NCBI GenBank assembly: GCA_049967655.1
Contig: JBMFSH010000031.1
Location: 1-30,731 of the forward strand
Direction of reading: 5' to 3'
Origin: Acidobacteriota bacterium
Lineage (GTDB): Bacteria; Acidobacteriota; UBA4820; DSQY01
DNA length: 30,731 nucleotides
This document shows, one piece after another, positions 9,303-16,781 of this stretch; within the stretch, counting starts at the first letter, position 1, and every line of letters begins with the position of its first letter. A program made the translations under genes and the position numbers. The notes under the pieces were generated by a model, which was given only the letters and a program-made list of their open reading frames with translations, was not told the DNA's origin and did no database searches.

Positions 9303-10889
9303 TCATCTCGGGTTTCGGTGAAGTCGGCCGTAAATGGCGGTACCGTCGATCTGCCCCACTGGCCGGTAATCGCGCCGGATCAATTCTCCCACAGGGGAGG
9401 CAGGATCCAGAAAATCCCTCGTAAGCGGCAGCGGCACCAGGACCCATCGAGGGCGGTTCTCCTGCATCTGCTTTGCCGCCATCTCATGATCCCTCAAGGC
9501 ATTATAGTGTTCGGAGAGAGGGGTGAAGAAGGTGTAACCGATTGCTGGCTTTGCCCCATATAGATAAACTTCACCCCCTTCGTAGAGAGCGGCCACAGTA
9601 TCGTCCGGGCCGAGCACGCCGGGAGAATGGAGCCATCGATTGAGCGAGTCTTCCCGAACAGGGAAGTCCACATCCGTCAGTTCTTGTATCGTCGGGAAGC
9701 GGTACCACACCCAACGGCTCTGGTAGAGAATACCTCCTACTAGGAGCACGGTGGCGGTCCCCACGATGATGTGCCGTGCGGTGTCACTCACACCGACTTG
9801 GCTCCAGACCACCAGCCAGAGGGCCAATACGAATATAAAAAGGAACAGGAAGCGCAGCCAATCCGGTCGGCCGAGAGGAAAGATGCCCAGGATCAAGACC
9901 GTAACAAGAATGGCCATCCCTTCTTGAGGATGCCTGAAGGAGTGTTGCTTCAGTGCTCTGCCAAAGGCGGCAAGCGCAGCCACCACTACGGCCAGTGTTG
10001 CCAGGAGCAGAAGAAGATAGAGAACACTGCCTGAAAGAACGATAGGGATGGTCCGCCAGAGATCAGTTCTCCAATCGGCTCCCTCCCAAAGCACCCGCAA
10101 CCTGATCGGCAGGTCGCTCAGAAGAGTTCGGGCATTGTCGTTGCCTTCAGCGCTATAATGGGTTAGAGGCCAGAACACCAAGTCCCGTATCATATCCCGG
10201 CCTGCTCCGGCGGCGAGCAGGGGTAGGTAACCTCCTAGAATCGGGGCGGCCCATCCTGCACCCATCGCGGCGGCGCGCGCCGGGAGACGCCGCCCGCGAG
10301 CTTCGAGCAGAAGAAGGGCAACTGAGCCCGCTGCCAGGTAGAGCGCCTCGGTCTGAAGGACCAACCCCGCAAAGCCTGCGCACAGGCCCACCAGAAAAGA
10401 TCGGACCAGATCCCTCTCACGCATTGTTGGAGCAACCAGAAGCCACAGAAAGACCATAGAGGCCAGATGGACCAACCAGTGATGGGAATAGACTGGCCAA
10501 AACGGATAAATGCATATAGGGTAAACGAGGGAAAGCAACAAAGCATGGATTCGAGACCACCCAGCCGACTCGAGGACCTTCCTCAGCAGGATCCAATTAA
10601 CCAGAACCACGACCAAGGAGGTATATCGCGCGATGGTTAATGTTACTTTTCCAAAAGGGAGGGCGATCGCAGCGAGCACGTAGTACACAGCGGGAGGAAT
10701 GAAATTGAAGAAGTCTCGATAGGGTACTTGACCGTTCAGAACGCGCTGGGAATCAAACGCGTAGATAAATTCGTCCCATTTTGGATGGACCACGGCTGGA
10801 CTGACCAGGGGCACAAGGAAGAGCACAACTCCCAGCAGGGGGAGAAACCGCCAACACCAAGATCTTAGCGACGATGGGAACGCCGTCAT
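9303..10889 (-). CDS. Multi-pass membrane protein, ArnT/PMT-like GT-C glycosyltransferase (paralogue family A, copy 1; lower GC)
   Basis: After the first TM: PKWDEFIYAFDSQRVLNGQVPYRDFFNFIPP. Also WPVYSHHW and C-terminal GPDDTVAALYEGGEVYLY. Many hydrophobic segments. Confidence 0.7.
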   Translation of the reverse strand: MTAFPSSLRSWCWRFLPLLGVVLFLVPLVSPAVVHPKWDEFIYAFDSQRVLNGQVPYRDFFNFIPPAVYYVLAAIALPFGKVTLTIARYTSLVVVLVNWILLRKVLESAGWSRIHALLLSLVYPICIYPFWPVYSHHWLVHLASMVFLWLLVAPTMRERDLVRSFLVGLCAGFAGLVLQTEALYLAAGSVALLLLEARGRRLPARAAAMGAGWAAPILGGYLPLLAAGAGRDMIRDLVFWPLTHYSAEGNDNARTLLSDLPIRLRVLWEGADWRTDLWRTIPIVLSGSVLYLLLLLATLAVVVAALAAFGRALKQHSFRHPQEGMAILVTVLILGIFPLGRPDWLRFLFLFIFVLALWLVVWSQVGVSDTARHIIVGTATVLLVGGILYQSRWVWYRFPTIQELTDVDFPVREDSLNRWLHSPGVLGPDDTVAALYEGGEVYLYGAKPAIGYTFFTPLSEHYNALRDHEMAAKQMQENRPRWVLVPLPLTRDFLDPASPVGELIRRDYRPVGQIDGTAIYGRLHRNPR

Positions 10890-10975
10890 AGAAGCCTACT
10901 CTCTTCCCGCCATGGGGTGATCTTACCAAATTTCTCTGCTTCGCCCGCTGGCGCCCGTCCCACGGTCGCGCCCGC

Positions 10976-11166
10976 GTAGCGGCCGGCGGAAGCCGGCCGT
11001 TCGGCCGCCCACCGGGCGGCCGCTACGGTGGATGATAAGCCTCGAAGCGGCAGGTGAGGGCGGCCGATTTCTCCACCCTTCACCCTCCACCCTCCACCCT
11101 CCACCGCCTCCGGCCCCGTCCGCTTCTGGGGTATGATGGCCGGGCGGGCTCTGATCCCCTTGCCTA
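10976..11166 (+). repeat. Direct repeat copy 2, containing the likely -10 box (TATGAT, 11132-11137) of the downstream gene
   Basis: See 9080-9212. This copy keeps about 45 bp between two GGGCGGCCG motifs that copy 1 lacks, and has 5 heptamers (11071-11105). Confidence 0.9.
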
Positions 11167-11172
11167 CGGAGG

Positions 11173-13395
11173 GTGCGGCGGCATGGCTGGGCGTTGCTCA
11201 TGATGTGGCTGGTGTGCTTTCTGGTCCTGTGCCTGGCGGCGTGGGGGGCACGGCGGCGCTGGCCGGGGGTGGATCGGTGGTTCGGCGGCCTGCTGGAACC
11301 CCCGCCGGATGAAGGCCAGGCGTCGAAGCGTCCCTGGGGCTGGCTGGCGCTGGGCCTCGTGGTGCTCGGCCTGGCCTTTACCATCCTGGAGGTCAACCAG
11401 CCCTATTACTTCACCCAGGACGACGCTCTAGTGACGGAACTGCCGGGGATGCTGGGCGGTTGCCGCGCGCTGTGGCGCGGCGAGTTTCCCGACTACGGCC
11501 CGAATTGCCTCCTGGGCGGTCCGGGTATCTCCGAGGGCGGAGGCTCGCTGACCTACCCCCCTACTTGGTTTGCCTACGCCATCGCGCGATACGGCCTGCA
11601 CGACGAGTACGCCCTTCTGGAGGTCTTCGCGGCCCTGCACCTGCTGGCGGGCTTCCTCCTGACGTGGTGGCTGGCTCGCCGCCTGCGCCTCTCTCCCATG
11701 GCCGCCACGCTCGCCTCGCTGGCTCTCGTCCTCTCGGGCGCCGTCCTCATCATGGGCCGGTGCTGGCACATGATTATTCCCACGGTGGTGGCGGGGCCGG
11801 CCATCGCCCTCTGCCTTCTCTGGCTGAAGGAGAAGGAGATCGGCTGGCGCTGGGCCCTCGTGACGGGGCTCGTCCTCGGCGTCTACTACCAAGTGGGGTT
11901 TCCGCAGGAGTGGGCCTACGCGGCGCTCTTCTTCGGCCTGGGGGTGCTTTGGCTCGTGCTCTGGCAGGAGATCCCCTGGCGCCGGGCTCTCTGGAGCCTG
12001 CCGGCCCTGGCCTGGGCGGCGGCCCTGGCGGCGCCCCTCCTCTGGTGCCAGATGAGCTTCGCCCGCGACATGGTGCGCCCCCCGCCTTACGGCCGCGGCA
12101 TCCTGCCGGGCCTTGCGGCCCTCTTCCTCCCCGCCCCGCTGGTCCACTGCCCCCATCCCAACTTCTGGGGGAGCACGGACCTTCGCTACATGAGCGAGTT
12201 CTACTACTTCGGGACCATTCTGGCCGTCACCTTCGTGCTGGGGCTGATCGCGTGGCTCACCTCGCGCTGGAGGCGGGAGTGGGGGCAGAGTCGGCTCTGG
12301 TTTTTTCTGGCTATCGCGGCCTTCTTGCTGGCGCTGGGCGAACAGGGAGGGCTTTGGCAGATTCTGAGCCACCTGCCCTTCCTCTCCCTCGTCAACAACA
12401 ACCCCTTCCGGGCCCTGCCCTTCATGATTCTCTTCGTGGCCCTGGCGGGAGGGGCGGTTCTGGACCGCCTCCTCAGGCCGTTGGCCCCGCGCCACTGGGC
12501 GCCCCTGGCGGTGGGGCTGCTCGGCTGCGCGCTCCTGCTCTATCACGCCTCCATCGCCCGGCCGGCCTTCTACTCCTATGGCTTTAAGCCCTATCCGGCG
12601 CTGCCCCCGCCTCTCGCCAAGGCCCTGGACGCCGGTTCGCCGCCCCAGGGGCGCCTCATCCCCATCGCCCCCATGCGCTCCATCCTGCCCGGCTACGGCC
12701 TCTCCATGATGCACGGCCTCCCTGTCGTCTACGGCCTCTACTCCTTCTACGGCTACGATCCGCTCCTCCAGTCCCTGCCTCCCTACCGCCTCGCCTTTGA
12801 GCGGCTCCGGCAGGACACCCCCGCCGCCCTCAAGGCCTACGGTGTGCGCTACCTCGTGCTCAACGAGGCGGCCGTGCACCCCCACTTCTCGCCCAACCCC
12901 TTCGAGCGGGGGATGGAGGGCATCTCGGCCCTGCGGCCGGTCCTCGGCTACCTGCCCCAACTCGATGTGGCCTCGCACACCGTCGCCTCCCCCGACGAGG
13001 TCTGGACGCTCAAGGGGGCGGACCCGATGGCCTTCCCCACGGGCGATCCCGGCCGCTCCCTGCTGATCCGCTTCCCCGGCCGTGGCATCGACGTGGCCCT
13101 CAACGGCCTCGGGCCCGGCCCGGTGACGGTCAACTTTCTCTGGTACCGCCAGATGCGCGCCACCGCCGACGGCCAGCCCGTCCCCTGCCATCCCGACCGG
13201 TGGGGGCGCATCCAGGTGGAGCTGGCCAAACCGGCCCACAACCTCGCTATCCGCTTCGATCCCGGCTGGCTGAAGGGACTGCTCAACGGCGGCCTGCTGA
13301 CCGTGCTCGGCCTCCTTTTCGCCGCGTGGTTCAACAGGCGGCTCCGGGAATCATCGCGAGGAGCCTACCTCTCCCGAGGGGCAGACGCCGGGTGA
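11173..13395 (+). CDS. YfhO-like multi-pass membrane protein (predicted GT-C glycosyltransferase); start uncertain (11173 GTG or 11200 ATG)
   Basis: YYFTQDD acidic loop, LWRGEFP...TYPP, HLLAG, GFPQ, about 12 TMs, GYDP, a periplasmic domain ending ATADGQPV...LAIRFDP, then a terminal TM. Confidence 0.65.
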   Translation: MRRHGWALLMMWLVCFLVLCLAAWGARRRWPGVDRWFGGLLEPPPDEGQASKRPWGWLALGLVVLGLAFTILEVNQPYYFTQDDALVTELPGMLGGCRALWRGEFPDYGPNCLLGGPGISEGGGSLTYPPTWFAYAIARYGLHDEYALLEVFAALHLLAGFLLTWWLARRLRLSPMAATLASLALVLSGAVLIMGRCWHMIIPTVVAGPAIALCLLWLKEKEIGWRWALVTGLVLGVYYQVGFPQEWAYAALFFGLGVLWLVLWQEIPWRRALWSLPALAWAAALAAPLLWCQMSFARDMVRPPPYGRGILPGLAALFLPAPLVHCPHPNFWGSTDLRYMSEFYYFGTILAVTFVLGLIAWLTSRWRREWGQSRLWFFLAIAAFLLALGEQGGLWQILSHLPFLSLVNNNPFRALPFMILFVALAGGAVLDRLLRPLAPRHWAPLAVGLLGCALLLYHASIARPAFYSYGFKPYPALPPPLAKALDAGSPPQGRLIPIAPMRSILPGYGLSMMHGLPVVYGLYSFYGYDPLLQSLPPYRLAFERLRQDTPAALKAYGVRYLVLNEAAVHPHFSPNPFERGMEGISALRPVLGYLPQLDVASHTVASPDEVWTLKGADPMAFPTGDPGRSLLIRFPGRGIDVALNGLGPGPVTVNFLWYRQMRATADGQPVPCHPDRWGRIQVELAKPAHNLAIRFDPGWLKGLLNGGLLTVLGLLFAAWFNRRLRESSRGAYLSRGADAG

Positions 13396-13472
13396 GTGGT
13401 TTTCTTTCCACCCAATCTCCTCTGTGCCTCAGTGCCTCTGTGGTTCATCCCTTCCCCTCCCCCGCCACTCCT

Positions 13473-13501
13473 TGTCTCCGGGGAGTGACACCCCGTGTCA
13501 C
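13473..13501. promoter_or_regulatory. Candidate enhancer (bEBP/PilR-type) binding site
   Basis: Perfect palindrome GTGACAC-CCC-GTGTCAC (13485-13501) overlapping TGTC-N10-GACA (13473-13490), upstream of the sigma54 promoter. Confidence 0.5.
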
Positions 13502-13540
13502 CCTGGGCGGTGGCCCTTCGGATTCTCAACCCTTTGCGCC

Positions 13541-13556
13541 TGGCACCGGGATTGCT
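13541..13556 (+). promoter_or_regulatory. sigma54 (-24/-12) promoter of the pilin gene
   Basis: TGGCAC-CGGGA-TTGCT, near consensus. AGGAGG RBS at 13572-13577. Confidence 0.85.
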
Positions 13557-13582
13557 CTATACTGGGCTCACAGGAGGTGCGC

Positions 13583-14071
13583 ATGAAGAAACAGAAAGGT
13601 TTTACGCTGATCGAGTTGCTCATCGTCGTGGCGATCATCGGCATCATCGCGGCCATCGCCATCCCCAACCTGCTCTCCGCCATCCAACGCGCCAAGCAGA
13701 AGAGGGCCATGAGCGAGGTCCGCACCATCGCCACGGCCGCCCAATCCTACGCGACGGACACCAACATTTATCCGATTCAGACTGCGGGCCCGCTGGTTTC
13801 CGGTGCCGCCGCCGTCAATTTGACCCCCGACTACGTCAAGGTTATTCCCAATCCGGATCCTTGGAACACACCCTACTACTATGCCGGCACTACCTATATG
13901 TTCAATGCAGCGTCCTTCGGAAAGGACATGAGTCCGGATGGATGGAACTCTGTTAATCTAACCACGAGTGCGACGACGGAAATTTCAACCACGTGCTTTG
14001 AATGCGATATCGTATGGCAGGGAGACACCTTCGAGCAACTGCCTAACGGCCCGCAACACACCTGCAAGTGA
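13583..14071 (+). CDS. Type IV pilin / GspG-like prepilin (probable major pilin)
   Basis: Class III signal MKKQKG|FTLIELLIVVAIIGIIAAIAIP with E5 and P22, and a DPWNTPYYY motif. Has its own sigma54 promoter, strong RBS and terminator. Confidence 0.92.
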   Translation: MKKQKGFTLIELLIVVAIIGIIAAIAIPNLLSAIQRAKQKRAMSEVRTIATAAQSYATDTNIYPIQTAGPLVSGAAAVNLTPDYVKVIPNPDPWNTPYYYAGTTYMFNAASFGKDMSPDGWNSVNLTTSATTEISTTCFECDIVWQGDTFEQLPNGPQHTCK

Positions 14072-14094
14072 TTTCGTAGTTGCTCCTTCACAGG

Positions 14095-14134
14095 CAAAAG
14101 AAAGGGCCCCGGTGACCGGGGGCCCTTTCTTTTG
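14095..14134. terminator. Bidirectional rho-independent terminator
   Basis: CAAAAGAAAGGGCCCCGG-TGA-CCGGGGGCCCTTTCTTTTG between the convergent pilin and TMTC-like genes. Confidence 0.88.
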
Positions 14135-14260
14135 GGGTAGCGATTCATCAGGAAGCCGCTTTCAAAGTCTTGAGACGGAGGTCGTGGCGAGAATCCGTGT
14201 AACCGCCCCGATCGCCTCTTCGCCTGCCCCAAGCCCTCACCAGCCCAATCGCTTCATCAC

Positions 14261-16471
14261 TCAATCGCGCAATCGCGTCTTGCTCCTCGCGCTGGGTGTT
14301 TCACGTTCCGTCCCCTCCTCCGCCCCTCCAGCCGGCACCATAGCCCCAGTGGAGGAAAGGCCCTCCATCGCCCGCTGAGCTATCCGCTCCAGCCCTTGCA
14401 TCTTTTTTGCCTTAGCCTTGGCGAGGCAGTCCGCCAGCACTTGTTGAGCCTCTGGCCTCTTCCCGTTGGCCGCCAGAGCCTGTCCAAAAACCAGCAAATA
14501 CCAAGGCTGGCCGCCGCGTGTCGCGGAGACAGCCCGCTGGGCCAAGGTGAGTTCAGCTTGACGAACAGCCCCATCGGCAGAGGGGATCAGCAGCATTTCG
14601 CTGGCGGCTTCAAAAAAGACCGCGGGGTTGCCCCTTCGCTCCAGCAGGGCCCGTTCTATATAGGGCTTCCCTGCTTCCACCTTACCCTGCCCAAGAAGGG
14701 CTACGGCCACACGGATGGCAAGGCCGCTGCTGCCGGGGTGACGCGACAAGCCCTTTATCGCCGCCTCCGCAGCTTCCCCGCAGCGGCCGAGACCCAAAAG
14801 GGCATCTACTTCGTCCTCCCTGGCCCTCTCCTCTCCAGGGGATAGAACTTGAGCCTTCCGCGCCAGCCTCAGCGCCTCCCCATAATTGCCCTGCTTTGTG
14901 CAGACAAAGGCTAAGGCGGCCAAGGCTCCCCCCTCCTCTTCTGGGCGGCTCGTCGCGAGTGCCTTGCGCAGACAAGCCTCGGCTGCCGCATACTCCCCTT
15001 GTTGCAGCAGGATGACCCCCAGGTTGTACCAATTGGCAAAAATCGGCCCAATGGAAATGGCCCGCTTCAGAAGAAACTTGGCCCCCTCGATGTTTTTGTA
15101 CTTGTCGTAATAGACCATGCCCAGCCCACCCATGGCCACGTAGTTACCTTGGGGGGCCACTTCAAGGGAGTGAGTGAAGAGCGATTCGGTGTCTCTCCAT
15201 GCGGTAACTTGTAGGGCGCTCTGGATAGCCAGGAGGGCTAGCAGACCGCCCAAAAGTTCCAAGGCTATGCGGGACTGTACTTTCTTTCCTTTAAGAACTT
15301 CATAGATGGGCCACACGACCGTCACAAAAAGGCCCGTATAAGTAAAATAGCTATAGCGATCAGCGTAGGCTTGAAGAGACCCCACGTGAATCAAACCAAT
15401 GACCGGAACCAGGGTTCCTAGAAACCAAAGCCAGCCTACCAACAAGGAGGGGACCTTTTGTGCCAGCCGAAGTCCGAGAAGGGTGGCCATCAGTACGAGA
15501 GCCACCGACGGGAGAATGGTCCAGATGGTCAGCTTGAGATGGGGCATCGGATAGAAGACACTGAGCCCAACAGGGAGGAAGAGCTTAGCAATATACTGCC
15601 CGTAGGCATAGAAAACCGTCTTAATCCGAAACCCCCAGGACAGCTCCTGTGCGGTAGGTAGCGTTCCTCCCATCCAGTTCATGACGTAGGTCGCGACGCT
15701 GAATACGAACGCCAAGAGGAAGAGGGGGATCTTTTCGCGAACGAGGGGCCAGAGCTGGCGCAGCCAATCGGCCTTCAGCCGATAGGGCCACGGGGGGGCC
15801 TTGCCCTCCTCGCGGGGCGGCCACGGTTCAAAGGGGGCCAACCGCCCCAGGGGCCAGAGGTCCAGCAGGAGGAGAAGAAAGGGCAGGGTCACGAGCATGG
15901 GCTTGGCGAGCAGGCTCAAAAGGAGGCCGGCGAAGACCGTCCAGTAGGCCCGCCGGCTCCGGCTTTCCACGTAGTAGGCGTACGCCAGAAGCGCCAGTAA
16001 ACCGAAGAGCGTGGAGAGCACTTCCTTGCGCTCGGCGATCCAGGCCACGGCCTCCACGTGCATGGGGTGGACGCCGAAAAGGGCCGCCACCGCCCAGCTC
16101 GGCCAGGGCTCCTTCGTCATCTTGTCGAGCATCCAGAAAAGCAAAAGGGTGCTCACGAGGTGGTAGAGCAAGCTCATGGCGTGGGCACCGCCGGGGTTCA
16201 TCCCGAAGAGCTGGCAGTCCAGCATGTGGGAGAGGAGCGTGATGGGGGTATAAAGATTGAGGACGGGGTGGGTGAAGGCGTAGCGCAGTCCGCTCCAGCT
16301 CAAACCCTTTTGAACAATGGTGTTGGCGGTCACATAGGCCGGGTCGTCATAATTGACGAAGCCGCAGTGGACCACGTAGAAGTAGGCCGCGGCGGTCATG
16401 ACCGCCAGCGAGAGGGCCATCCAGAGCTCTTTCGGGATCTTGCGGAGCCGGTCCGTCATCGCCACCTTCAT
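14261..16471 (-). CDS. TMTC-like membrane glycosyltransferase (GT-C) with C-terminal TPRs, copy 1
   Basis: FVNYDDPAYV, YTPITLLSHMLD, LFGVHPMHVEAVAWIAERKE, LLAKP, ADRYSY, followed by TPR helices (WYNLGVILLQQGEYAAAEACLRKAL). Confidence 0.82.
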   Translation of the reverse strand: MKVAMTDRLRKIPKELWMALSLAVMTAAAYFYVVHCGFVNYDDPAYVTANTIVQKGLSWSGLRYAFTHPVLNLYTPITLLSHMLDCQLFGMNPGGAHAMSLLYHLVSTLLLFWMLDKMTKEPWPSWAVAALFGVHPMHVEAVAWIAERKEVLSTLFGLLALLAYAYYVESRSRRAYWTVFAGLLLSLLAKPMLVTLPFLLLLLDLWPLGRLAPFEPWPPREEGKAPPWPYRLKADWLRQLWPLVREKIPLFLLAFVFSVATYVMNWMGGTLPTAQELSWGFRIKTVFYAYGQYIAKLFLPVGLSVFYPMPHLKLTIWTILPSVALVLMATLLGLRLAQKVPSLLVGWLWFLGTLVPVIGLIHVGSLQAYADRYSYFTYTGLFVTVVWPIYEVLKGKKVQSRIALELLGGLLALLAIQSALQVTAWRDTESLFTHSLEVAPQGNYVAMGGLGMVYYDKYKNIEGAKFLLKRAISIGPIFANWYNLGVILLQQGEYAAAEACLRKALATSRPEEEGGALAALAFVCTKQGNYGEALRLARKAQVLSPGEERAREDEVDALLGLGRCGEAAEAAIKGLSRHPGSSGLAIRVAVALLGQGKVEAGKPYIERALLERRGNPAVFFEAASEMLLIPSADGAVRQAELTLAQRAVSATRGGQPWYLLVFGQALAANGKRPEAQQVLADCLAKAKAKKMQGLERIAQRAMEGLSSTGAMVPAGGAEEGTERETPSARSKTRLRD

Positions 16472-16481
16472 CCCTTCCTGA

Positions 16482-16781
16482 GATCGGCCTCTTCCCCCGA
16501 GCCGCCCCTGGCGCCCTGAAAGGCTATTGTACTATGCCGCCCCGTGCCTGGCCGCCCCACTTCGCCGCCATTTATTTGGCCGTTATCCTGGCAAGCAAAG
16601 CGCGCCCAGGATCGCACCGGTGTTGGGCGAAGGGCAGGACTCCCTGGAAGGATAGTGAGGAGTAAGGAGTGAGGAGAAAAAGGCCATCGCGGCCGGGGGC
16701 GGCCGCGCCACATGGGCCACTTTTTCTCCACCCTCCACCCTCCACTCTCCACCCTCCACCCTTCACCCTCCACTCTCCACC
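16482..16781. repeat. About 260-bp direct repeat copy A (promoter, GTCAT repeat, REP, 8 CTCCACC-type heptamers at 16726-16781)
   Basis: Hand alignment with 18973-19235 gives about 90% identity. Minus-strand TACAAT -10 box at 16526-16531. Confidence 0.92.

Noticed and set aside
5100..11170. Integron cassette array (attC sites)
   Set aside because: I found no consistent RYYYAAC...GTTRRRY boundaries, gene orientations are mixed, several genes have their own promoters, and there is no integrase. The repeats are REP-like.
13419..13446. CTCTGTGCCTCAGTGCCTCTGTGG short repeat as a regulatory site
   Set aside because: Only about 3 degenerate 8-9-bp units and a single occurrence in the window. It is probably another short intergenic repeat family, and no function can be supported.
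13583..14071. Electrically conductive e-pilin
   Set aside because: About 15 of 156 mature residues are aromatic, but there is none between F1 and Y50, so the Geobacter-type aromatic positions in the N-terminal helix are missing.
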